From positions 256,001-320,000 of the forward strand of contig CAVXJH010000006.1 of NCBI GenBank assembly GCA_963762115.1: a stretch of 64,000 nt of DNA. Reading direction: 5' to 3'. Positions 42,256 to 51,299 of this stretch are shown here, in pieces. How positions within the stretch are numbered: position 1 is the stretch's first letter; the number at the start of each line of letters is the position of its first letter. The stretch is from Candidatus Babeliales bacterium (GTDB lineage: Bacteria > Babelota > Babeliae > Babelales > JANWKD01). Below the pieces are notes generated by a model, which saw nothing but the letters and a program-made list of their open reading frames with translations, did not search any database and was not told the origin of the DNA. A program made the position numbers and the translations under genes.

Positions 42256-43830
42256 TTATGCAGTATAAAATTGTGAGATTAATCCAAGAGGAATATGATG
42301 TGGTAAAACAAATCGCGCTTGTTCAGAAAGTTTTTGTGCATCAAGAACAACTAAAAAGGAGTTGTTTGCATTGCTATCAAAAATGACTGAAAGAATTACC
42401 CCATCATCTTCTTGTGTGCCTTGTGGGCGCGCTACAAAGACAGGAGCGCTTGCATAACATCCTTGCTCGGTCCAAATGCAATGTTCACCAGTTTTTGTGT
42501 TGATTTTAATAAGATGGTACGGGAATGCATCTTTTAGATGAGCTCCTAATCCATAAACAAAGGTATAGTCTTTCATGGCATAGGTCGTATTAATAGTAGG
42601 AAATTCTATGCTGTGTTCGGTTACTTGTTTTTGAGTGACGATTTTTTTGTTGAGATCAATTTCAAGTCGATGCACATACGATGAAGAAAACTCTTTTTGT
42701 TTATTGAAATTTCGTAATGCTTCTAGGGTTGTGCAAGCAATAATCGATGCATCTTCATGAACAATAAGATCAAGTTTGATAGTGTTAGTATCTTCAAAAG
42801 CATTTATGGTATTAAACATGAAGAGTGAATCAGTGTTGAATGTATCAACAAGTTCACCAGAATGTTTGTTGATTACGATGAGCTTTGTGCCTAATTTTGG
42901 TTTCCAAGTGACGCTTTCAACAAAAGCACCAGCTGCTAATACTAAATCAAATGGATTAACGACAAAAGGAATTTCAACTAATATGATATAGTTTTGAGTC
43001 ATGCCAAAACTGCGCATATAAGAAGGATTTTTTACCGGAATTGAGCTAATAAGCGTTCTTTTCTTTTCGCCATTTTTAATTTTATAAATATGATAGTTAC
43101 TGTTGCTAGCAAATTCAATCATATAATTGAACCATTCATGTGTTATGGGATCATATTGAAATTGTGCAGTAGTAAGGTGACCTTCTAGATTGTCATCAAA
43201 TTGTAGTAATTGAGTTGTTGCAAGAGTCTTAGGATCAAAGGCAACGTGCAAAGGTGTTTCAGTAAGCGCTATAAAAGTGTCATGTAATTTTGTTAATGAA
43301 ATAGTTCCGTTATCATAAGGATCATTATTGCTATTCATAGCACCGGCCAAACGGGAAAAAAAGCTCTTTGGTTTTTCTGTGCTCATATTACTATCGAATT
43401 TACCATTTTTTATGCTTCGTTTATAATAATCACTTTCTAAAAATTTATTATGATATTCAAGAGCTCCATTTTGAATATGAAATGCGTGAAGCATGGCAAA
43501 GCCATTGAACCAATACTTAACATTACTGGTACCAAGTTCAAATTGAGCAGGTCCAGTGCCAAGAAGATCGCCTTGTAGCCATGAAGGCAGTTTTCCTTTG
43601 CATGCTAAAGCAATTTTTGGACATTCTTGTGTTAAAGAAGTGAAACCAGCTCTTTTATTCCCAATAAATGATGTTGGCAACTCTTGTTTTTGAGTAGAAT
43701 GATTTTCAGTTTCTTGTAGTGCTGAAAGAGAATCAGAAGGATTTTGTACGAATGAGAAATAGCAACTCACGCATGATAAAAGAACAAAGAATATGAATAT
43801 GATTGTTGTGCGTTGTTGTGATGAAACCAT
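42256..43830 (-). CDS. carotenoid oxygenase/RPE65-family protein, predicted catalytically degenerate
   Basis: GKLPSWLQG, GPAQF, EFPTIN, PVFVARP..EDDGVILS; N-terminal hydrophobic segment. Confidence 0.9.
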   Translation of the reverse strand: MVSSQQRTTIIFIFFVLLSCVSCYFSFVQNPSDSLSALQETENHSTQKQELPTSFIGNKRAGFTSLTQECPKIALACKGKLPSWLQGDLLGTGPAQFELGTSNVKYWFNGFAMLHAFHIQNGALEYHNKFLESDYYKRSIKNGKFDSNMSTEKPKSFFSRLAGAMNSNNDPYDNGTISLTKLHDTFIALTETPLHVAFDPKTLATTQLLQFDDNLEGHLTTAQFQYDPITHEWFNYMIEFASNSNYHIYKIKNGEKKRTLISSIPVKNPSYMRSFGMTQNYIILVEIPFVVNPFDLVLAAGAFVESVTWKPKLGTKLIVINKHSGELVDTFNTDSLFMFNTINAFEDTNTIKLDLIVHEDASIIACTTLEALRNFNKQKEFSSSYVHRLEIDLNKKIVTQKQVTEHSIEFPTINTTYAMKDYTFVYGLGAHLKDAFPYHLIKINTKTGEHCIWTEQGCYASAPVFVARPQGTQEDDGVILSVIFDSNANNSFLVVLDAQKLSEQARFVLPHHIPLGLISQFYTA

Positions 43831-43918
43831 TATAACCCCTAAAATACCTAAATTACATTTTGCATAGTTTATAAAAAATTATTTTTCATTATACTCTTTT
43901 TTCGTGAGAAATCGACTC

Positions 43919-45049
43919 TTATTTTCTGATGTATATATTGCCTGAACTTGTTTTAAAAGTTTTTAAAGGGCCATCTTTACCGATTGTACCTTTAATATTT
44001 TTCTTTTCTTCTTTTCCTGTAACAGGAACATCTGATTTACATTGACCAAAAGTTGTTGAAGCTTCTATCGTTGCATCGGGATAATCACCTAAAGTATAAA
44101 TATTATTACCAAAGCTTGTTTCTGCTGTAACTTCTTCTTTTATTGACGCTAGTTTATTATTGCCAGAGGAATTTTCTACTGTTGCACTACCTTGGATATG
44201 AGATATATCGTTTTCGCCAAATGAGGTTTTTGATGAAACATCACCGTCAACATTGATAATTCTGTTATCACCTGAAGAAGTTTCTACAGTTGCATTGCCT
44301 TCGATATTTTCAATATGATTTTTTCCAAATGATGTTTTGGCATTAACATTGCCTTTAATATGTGAAATACTATTTTTACCAGAAGAATTAGTTGCTGATA
44401 CATTACCTTTTATTCTTTCTAAGGTGTTTGTTCCAAAAGAATTATTTATAGTCGTATCACCGTTTATACCTTTTAAGGTAATGTTTCCTGAGCTTGTTTT
44501 TGTTTTTTCAATAGTATCATCAATATTTTCTGCAGTGATTGAGCCATGTTGCGCAAGAAGTAATTTAATGAATGTTTTTTTAGGAACTTTAAGAGTATAA
44601 CTTCTACTTGCTTTGCAGTCTTTCGTTTTATAGACAGTTTTTATAAAAGCATTTTTTTCATCTATATTTAATTCTGAAGAAACACATTCAAGGTTGCCAT
44701 CATTACTTTCAGTTTCAATTAAAAGTTCTAATAATTCTTTGTCATGACCTTCAATAGTAATGTTATTAGGTTTGGCAGAACAATCATCCTGCTCTACATC
44801 ATTAATAATAACACGACCATTAATAATGTCGCCAAAAAAACTACCAGAACTATTGTTGTTGTTATTATTTTCATTTTCAACATGTAACGTGCCACCTGAT
44901 GCAAAAACGAATTCTCTTATTTCTTCTTTATGAACATGTTTTTTTTCTGTTTTTTGAGCGCTGTCAAAAGGCCATATGCACATTGAATTTTGTGTGCATA
45001 AAATAATAAGAACAAGTGAAATAAGTATTGTAGGTGATTTTTTAATCAT
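43919..45049 (-). CDS. exported DUF4097-like beta-strand repeat protein
   Basis: Repeats I.G.V.A.TS[SF]G.N.I; LKVPK; terminal KTSSGNIYIRK. Confidence 0.8.
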   Translation of the reverse strand: MIKKSPTILISLVLIILCTQNSMCIWPFDSAQKTEKKHVHKEEIREFVFASGGTLHVENENNNNNNSSGSFFGDIINGRVIINDVEQDDCSAKPNNITIEGHDKELLELLIETESNDGNLECVSSELNIDEKNAFIKTVYKTKDCKASRSYTLKVPKKTFIKLLLAQHGSITAENIDDTIEKTKTSSGNITLKGINGDTTINNSFGTNTLERIKGNVSATNSSGKNSISHIKGNVNAKTSFGKNHIENIEGNATVETSSGDNRIINVDGDVSSKTSFGENDISHIQGSATVENSSGNNKLASIKEEVTAETSFGNNIYTLGDYPDATIEASTTFGQCKSDVPVTGKEEKKNIKGTIGKDGPLKTFKTSSGNIYIRK

Positions 45050-45280
45050 GATTTACACTTTCAGCGTTTTAAATAACAATCCATTAATCTAATCTAATCA
45101 TATAGCCGCTTCCTTGTCAATCGCTTGATCAAATCATCGAATCAAAGAAATTAAAATTAGCGCTTTCTGGAAATATTTTCAAATATGCAATGTTGTTAAA
45201 ATATACTATTATCTTTAAATTTTTGCTTGTGCTACTCTATAAAAACTATGGTTTTTGCAAAATAATAAGGTCAAATTATC

Positions 45281-45793
45281 ATGAAAAATAATCTCTATTG
45301 GAAATTGGTGCCAACCGAGCTTGGCGACTGTATTGTGGTTGCCACAGAAAAAGATGTTTGCTTTGTTGGAACGCCGGGAAGAACCTTGCAAGAAGCAGTT
45401 TGTTGGGCAAAGAAACATGTTGCAATAGATGCTTTAGTTAATGAAGAAAATGAGGTTTTGCGTGCCGTTGCGCAGCAATTGCAAGAATATGTACAAGGTG
45501 CAAGAAAAGAGTTTGATTATCATTTTGAGTTGCATGGCACGAATTTTCAGAAATCTGTTTGGCAGGCATTGCAAGATATTCCTCATGGCACAACAACAAC
45601 GTATGGAGTTATCGCAAAAAAAATTGGCAATCCAAAAGCTTCACGTGCTGTTGGCATGGCAATAGGTGCGAATCCACTTTCAATATTGATTCCTTGTCAC
45701 CGAGTAATTGGAGCGAATAATAGTTTGACTGGTTATCGCGGTGGACTTGAGATGAAGAAGAAATTGCTTGTTTTAGAAAATAATTTTTTATAA
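45281..45793 (+). CDS. ogt: methylated-DNA-protein-cysteine methyltransferase
   Basis: GTNFQKSVW, RAVG, IPCHRV, GYRGG. Confidence 0.95.
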   Translation: MKNNLYWKLVPTELGDCIVVATEKDVCFVGTPGRTLQEAVCWAKKHVAIDALVNEENEVLRAVAQQLQEYVQGARKEFDYHFELHGTNFQKSVWQALQDIPHGTTTTYGVIAKKIGNPKASRAVGMAIGANPLSILIPCHRVIGANNSLTGYRGGLEMKKKLLVLENNFL

Positions 45794-45939
45794 ATTCTAA
45801 TTTTGTTTCTAATTTTTAGTTTATGAATTATTAATTATAATTCGACCCTATGCGGGCAGCACCAATGTATTGCGTGCTCAATACATTGGATACAAGAGCA
45901 CCAACATTCTGTTGGATTGTAATCTTCCGTGCGTATATG

Positions 45940-47328
45940 CTACTCTTTACCCACATTTAGTTCTTTAAATAAAAGATAAGCTTGTGTAATGGCTTCTAGC
46001 CGAAATAATCCCTGCCACAAAACTTTTGCACCAGGATCTTTATCGTTTTTCCTGCCAAGAAAACCTCCTAATTTTGCTATCATTTGAGTTGCTTCTTTAA
46101 CAGAAAAAGATTTGGGGGGCAATGTAAGAGTTTTATGATGCGTGCAATATAACGCATCAGCTTCATCGGTTGTAAGAATTAAATTACATGGGGCATCAGG
46201 TTTAATTCTTGCAAGATAAGTGATATAAATTAAACGCCAGGCAGCAATTGAGTAAACAGCCAAGGTTCTTTTTAGGTTATCAACCGATTCCATTTGAAAT
46301 TTTTCTATGCGACAACCTTCTTTTAAAATATAATGATAGCGTTCAATGAGCCAACGTTTTGAGTAAAGGGCAATAAGCTTTTCAGCTTCTTCCAATGATT
46401 GAACTTTAATCGTAGTAATAAGTCGCCATACTATTGGATCATTTACTGAGTTGTCATATTCTATTTCTTGCACATAAATCGCTGTTAAATGTATGGTTGG
46501 TAATTTTTCATTTTTTCGATTTAAAGGAGAACAAATTTCGACTTCTTTGACTCTAATCGCTAACTTTGCAGTTCTCTTAGAATGAGTTTTTGTACGTTCT
46601 AATTCTTTCGTTATAACGCCTAATACTGATTGTTTTTCCAGCAATTCAAAGAGACGCTCTTCTTCGTTCTGTATATTTCTATTTTGTACAAGATGAATGA
46701 GCAAATCACTGTTTAACCGTCTTTTTGCGATCAATAAATCATAAATATCGGCACCACCATCACCTATAAATAAATAGCTTTTATTAATAGGAAGCTTTTT
46801 TTCTATTTGATAAATTGATTCAATCCAATTATAAGATTCTTTTTCCTTTGTGGGCAACCTTAGCTTATGTTTTTTTTTGCCAAAATCTTCTTTATTACGT
46901 ATCCAATACTTTTGATTTATTAGCCCTAATGGAATAAAATTTTCACTAAATACATACGTATTTTGAACTTTTATTCCAAGTGAATTTTTTGTATTAGAAA
47001 GAGTTCCTAACCCTGAAGTTTTTTTAAGATTTTTAAAAGATGCATCCATGCCATCGCTAACAATAATGACTTTGCCTTCAACACTTTCAGCTCTTTCTGC
47101 GGTCGCTTGATAATGTCCTGCGAGAATATCCTGTTCATCAATTTCTGTTGTGGCAAGAAAACGATAAGCACCTTTTGCTTGTGCATTTTCTCCGTTGCAA
47201 GCTTGTAAAATGCTTGCTGATGGGCTATCGGCAACGGCCTCTAGAAGTATTCTAACTCTTTCATTTCTGCGTTTATCTTTTAATGACATACGATTAGTCT
47301 CATTTGCTGCCCACAATTCTTTAATCAT
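45940..47328 (-). CDS. IS4-family transposase
   Basis: DKRRNER, GAYRF, EKESYNW, YSKRWLIERYHYILK (YREK), LGGFLGRKNDKDPG. Confidence 0.95.
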   Translation of the reverse strand: MIKELWAANETNRMSLKDKRRNERVRILLEAVADSPSASILQACNGENAQAKGAYRFLATTEIDEQDILAGHYQATAERAESVEGKVIIVSDGMDASFKNLKKTSGLGTLSNTKNSLGIKVQNTYVFSENFIPLGLINQKYWIRNKEDFGKKKHKLRLPTKEKESYNWIESIYQIEKKLPINKSYLFIGDGGADIYDLLIAKRRLNSDLLIHLVQNRNIQNEEERLFELLEKQSVLGVITKELERTKTHSKRTAKLAIRVKEVEICSPLNRKNEKLPTIHLTAIYVQEIEYDNSVNDPIVWRLITTIKVQSLEEAEKLIALYSKRWLIERYHYILKEGCRIEKFQMESVDNLKRTLAVYSIAAWRLIYITYLARIKPDAPCNLILTTDEADALYCTHHKTLTLPPKSFSVKEATQMIAKLGGFLGRKNDKDPGAKVLWQGLFRLEAITQAYLLFKELNVGKE

Positions 47329-47401
47329 TTTTTACTTTTCTTTTTTTGATATATTAACTCTGTATCTCGTTAATTATAGTAAAAATGTGGGTAAAGAGTA
47401 G
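45940..47401 (-). mobile_element. IS4-family (IS50/Tn5-like) insertion sequence
   Basis: Perfect 19-bp TIR CTACTCTTTACCCACATTT (45940-45958 / 47383-47401); duplication CGTATATG at 45932-45939 and 47402-47409. Confidence 0.95.
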
Positions 47402-47569
47402 CGTATATGCACCACACATCATGATGCTCCGCATCATTCTTTCGGGTGCACGACGCACTACCGGACTAACATATATTTATAAATTGTCATTCTGAGCCCT
47501 GCATAGCTGTTTACTCCGCCATAGTGATTGTGTTAAAAGTCAAATATTTTTTAATAAAGCTAAACAATA

Positions 47570-48511
47570 TTAAGCTTTACATAATTCACCTTTTTTTAGT
47601 AAAGAATTAGCAATCACAATAAGTTTATGCATAATAGCTACGATAGCTATTTTAAAAGGTTTTTTAGAAGTTATTAAACGATCGTAAAGTTCCTTTAATG
47701 GGAGATGATATTTAATAGTTGTTAATGCATACATATAAAGCATATTTCTTGGAATAGTTCTTCCACCTCTGATGAATTTTTTACCCTTATAACTTCCACT
47801 TTCATTCTCATAAGGACAAACACCAATGAGTGCTGATACTTTTTTATTACTTATTTGACCAAGTTCAGGAACGAATGATAATAATGTTGCAGCTGAAGTT
47901 TTGCCTATTCCTGGAATTGACTCCAAAATTTTTGATTTTGTATTTAATTTTTCATCTTGCTGAATTAAATCTTGTATCTTTAAATCAATTGATTTGATTT
48001 CGCACTCTAAGATTTTGATAAATTTCTTTATACTTGATGCATATAATGCATGAGATGGATGTTTAGATCTTGTTTTTTCGGCAACTAAAAATTTTACCAA
48101 GTCATTTTTACGATTGACCAAAGCTTGTAATTTTTCTTGATTTTCGCTTTTGTTCATTATCTCATAATCAGGAGAATTTTTAGAAGCAAATTCAGCAATT
48201 TTTCGAGCATCAATTTTATCCGTTTTGCTTTTGCAGCCACTAGCAACAATATAGCCTTTTATTCTTCTTGGATCGATGATCCAAAGATAATAACAATTTT
48301 TTTTTAATATTCGAGCAAGTAATTTTTCATACCCACCAGTTGCTTCGCATGCAATTTGTTCGATATCATATTTAACTAATTCTTTAATGATCTCCGTTAT
48401 TCCAACTTCTGAGTTTGATACTTTTAAAGATTTTCCTATTGGATGGATATAAACATCTAAAGTGTTTTTTGAAATATCGACACCTATAAATACTTTTGAT
48501 ATATTTTTCAT
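47570..48511 (-). CDS. IS110-family recombinase/transposase
   Basis: GVDISK, CEATG, KTDKIDA (DEDD), SIPGIG, NESG. Confidence 0.97.
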   Translation of the reverse strand: MKNISKVFIGVDISKNTLDVYIHPIGKSLKVSNSEVGITEIIKELVKYDIEQIACEATGGYEKLLARILKKNCYYLWIIDPRRIKGYIVASGCKSKTDKIDARKIAEFASKNSPDYEIMNKSENQEKLQALVNRKNDLVKFLVAEKTRSKHPSHALYASSIKKFIKILECEIKSIDLKIQDLIQQDEKLNTKSKILESIPGIGKTSAATLLSFVPELGQISNKKVSALIGVCPYENESGSYKGKKFIRGGRTIPRNMLYMYALTTIKYHLPLKELYDRLITSKKPFKIAIVAIMHKLIVIANSLLKKGELCKA

Positions 48512-48514
48512 AAA

Positions 48515-48715
48515 TACCTCTGGCTTGTAGACATGCGAGATCGTATGTACTTGATACGTCTCTAGTGATTGTTCGAGGTCATTTTTGTATAAGCTGATAG
48601 TCTCAAACTATGACACGGTCCTTTGAGACCAAGCTTGACACGAGATCTATCAGCTTCTCAAACAATTAATTTCAAAACAACTGATCATAAATTAACAAAA
48701 TTTAGCTTTAAAATC
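48515..48715 (-). ncRNA. IS110 bridge RNA (5' end approximate)
   Basis: Two stem/internal-loop domains; guides match the element's own target and donor. Confidence 0.85.
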
Positions 48716-49156
48716 ATTTTGATTTAACATACAAGCTTGCCAAGCCGGTAGGCATGGATAAGCGAAGGCTGGATTAGCGAAGCATGGGCGTAGGAATCCA
48801 GTTTATTTATAATTTTATCGAAATTATTTTATAGACTGGATCCTTACGCCATCGGCTCAGGATGACAGTTGTGATACTACGAAGTAGATTATATTAATCG
48901 CAAGTCATCGGATAAAATCAAAAATTTCCCCATTAGCAAAACTGGTGGAGGACTTTGAGCATGTAATGATCAAGTCCGACTTTTTTGCGTTAAGAGAGAT
49001 TACTAAGAGATTCCTCTCTTAGTTGCCCTTGTATTGAATATATTGGGCACGCAATATATTCATGCTTGCCCGCATAGGGCCGAAGAATATTAAAAAATAA
49101 AAAGACTGAAACAAGGCAAAATAACTTAGCAACAAAAATTTAATTAAAAATGAAGA

Positions 49157-49528
49157 CTATAACTCAGTATATTTTGTTGATTTTCCCTTTGATTTTTCAA
49201 CAGAATATTTTTCAGCATTTAATGCCATTTTCTGTTCAATTGCTGTTGAGAGATCAATATTGTTTTCTGCGCAAAACATCAACACAAACACGGCGATATC
49301 CGCTACTTCATGTTCAATTTCTTGACGCTTTTTTTCTAGAACTTCAAATGATTGTGCTGCATCGGACCATAAAAAATGTTCCATAAGTTCTGCTGCTTCA
49401 ATAGCGATACCCATACTCATATTTTTGGGTGAATGGAATTGATTCCAATCTCGTTCATCTACAAATTTTTTAAGCTGTATTTTTAATGTTTCGAGAGTTG
49501 TTGTGTTATCTTGCATGGCAAAGTCCAA
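49157..49528 (-). CDS. MazG-like nucleotide pyrophosphohydrolase (DCTPP1-like)
   Basis: ERDWNQFHSPKN, EAAELMEHFLW, EVADI, NAEKY. Confidence 0.92.
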   Translation of the reverse strand: MDFAMQDNTTTLETLKIQLKKFVDERDWNQFHSPKNMSMGIAIEAAELMEHFLWSDAAQSFEVLEKKRQEIEHEVADIAVFVLMFCAENNIDLSTAIEQKMALNAEKYSVEKSKGKSTKYTEL

Positions 49529-49653
49529 TTGTTATAATAGTTTTTTATTGTTAGTATAACACTTTTTTTTGAATATTTTACTTGTTTTTCTATTTTTGCA
49601 TTTGTTATTTTTTTAAAAATTATTGAAGGTAAGTAAAGGTAAGGGATTAAAAT

Positions 49654-50946
49654 ATGCAAACAAAAGTAAGTATTTATTATTTTTTTATTACGTTGTTTTT
49701 ATTTCCATCATTGGATGCCTATAACGCTGGAGCATTTCCCTATGCAGTGCATAAGGGTGAGATTTGGTTTTTATTAGGTGAAGATCCTCATCGGAAAAAT
49801 AATTGGACAGATTTTGGTGGTAAATCTGATCGTGCTGATAAGGATGATACGCGCTTTACAGCGGCACGTGAATTTGCAGAAGAGACTAATAATGTTTTTG
49901 GTCATACTCAAACAATGTATAAAAAATTGAGAGAAGAAGCTGGCTTTGGGTATAGAAATAAATATCGTATGTATTTAGTGCCAGTCGATTATAAGGATAT
50001 ACCAACTATTAAACGAGCGCAAAAGAATGATTTTGAAAAATCAGATTTTATATGGGTGCCTGCAGAAATTTTATTGGATACTGTGCAAAGGTCTCAAAAT
50101 GATCAAAATGTGTTTGTGAATTATGGTGGTAAAAATATACAAATTTTTCACCGGTTTGCTTGGATTTTAAGAGAATTTGATGAGGAAATTAGAAAGCAGA
50201 TTGGTTTGAGAGTTCATACGCCAGCAAAGAAACATCAAGTTATATCTTCTCAGGGTAAAAAAGCAACCGCAACATCTAGGGGGCAAAGCTATGAAGTTGA
50301 TTCTGTTTCCGTATTACCATTTGCATTTCATCAAGAGAAAATTTTTCTTTTATTGGGAAGTGAAGTTAGGGGTGCAAATTATAATCTTATGTATTCTGGT
50401 TTTGGTACGTTAGTTGATGATAATGCCTTTATTGAAGGAGTTTTTGATCCATTGATAACAGCAGGTTATGGCTTTCAGCGAACAGTGAGGGATGCTTTTG
50501 GGTCCGATAGCGCAGGGTATATTAGAATGGCTATTAAAAAAACAGGTAAAATTTCATATTATGATGGACTATTAAAGCATCTTATGTGTCTTGCAGAAAT
50601 TGAATATACCTTTATAGACTCAGCTAATAATCCTTGTCGATGGTTTGGCGCAGAAGATTTTTTAAGATGGATTAGACGCACTTCGTTTGATATTAATAAT
50701 TTTGATGATCCTGTCATGTATAATACCTTTGAAATATATCAACCTTTTGCAGCTGTTCTTAAAGAAGCTGCTGATGATGTGGAAAGAAGAATAAATGAGA
50801 CAAAAAATAAGCATTTAGCTGAGCAACAGCCAGCGCGAGCAAGAACAACGATACAGCCAAAACCTTTACAAGATGCATCATTGCAAAAAAGTTTGATGGA
50901 ATTGAATATGAAGCTAAATCAGTTGCAAAATGCTTTAAGATCGTGA
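49654..50946 (+). CDS. exported tandem Nudix-fold protein
   Basis: AGAFPY..FLLGED..WTDFGG..TAAREFAEET; second degenerate copy SVLPF..FLLLGSE..YSGFG. Confidence 0.8.
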   Translation: MQTKVSIYYFFITLFLFPSLDAYNAGAFPYAVHKGEIWFLLGEDPHRKNNWTDFGGKSDRADKDDTRFTAAREFAEETNNVFGHTQTMYKKLREEAGFGYRNKYRMYLVPVDYKDIPTIKRAQKNDFEKSDFIWVPAEILLDTVQRSQNDQNVFVNYGGKNIQIFHRFAWILREFDEEIRKQIGLRVHTPAKKHQVISSQGKKATATSRGQSYEVDSVSVLPFAFHQEKIFLLLGSEVRGANYNLMYSGFGTLVDDNAFIEGVFDPLITAGYGFQRTVRDAFGSDSAGYIRMAIKKTGKISYYDGLLKHLMCLAEIEYTFIDSANNPCRWFGAEDFLRWIRRTSFDINNFDDPVMYNTFEIYQPFAAVLKEAADDVERRINETKNKHLAEQQPARARTTIQPKPLQDASLQKSLMELNMKLNQLQNALRS

Positions 50947-51154
50947 GTATAAAATTATTTTTGGATAATTTCAGTCATTTAAAAAAAACTGGCTTCTACT
51001 TCGCTCTTTGAGCTACGAAGAACAGGCTGCCATGCGCCCTACTACGCCAAGGCTTCGAAGGGCATACTTCGCATTCTTTCTAATACTATCAATTATTATA
51101 TTAAATCAAATCCTTAAAAAGGCTGGCTTGCCATACGAAGCTTTATGCGAAGTA

Positions 51155-51246
51155 TGGAGGAGAGAGTGAGATTCGAACTCACGATCCCGATTTCTCGGGA
51201 TAACGGTTTTCAAGACCGTCGCAATCGACCACTCTGCCATCTCTCC
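51155..51246 (-). tRNA. tRNA-Ser(UGA)
   Basis: Cloverleaf, ACGGT-CTTGAAA-ACCGT, long variable arm, encoded CCA. Confidence 0.95.
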
Positions 51247-51299
51247 AATACGAATGCTATTTTATTCTAAAGAAAAAAAACCAAAAAATCAAAAAATTG

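Larger units (their letters stand above)
47523..48735 (-). mobile_element. IS110-family element (IS621-like organisation)
   Basis: CT core (AG on + strand) at 47523-4 and 48734-5; donor ACAATCA-CT-TGTAT; no TIRs. Confidence 0.88.

Noticed and set aside
47195..47401. + strand ORF ending NVGKE like the IS4 transposase
   Set aside because: The shared ending is simply the inverted repeat read on the other strand.
47506..47509. AGCT duplication as the IS110 boundary
   Set aside because: The donor guide ACAATCACT, the right target guide and the 17-bp promoter spacing all fit the core at 47523-47524 instead.
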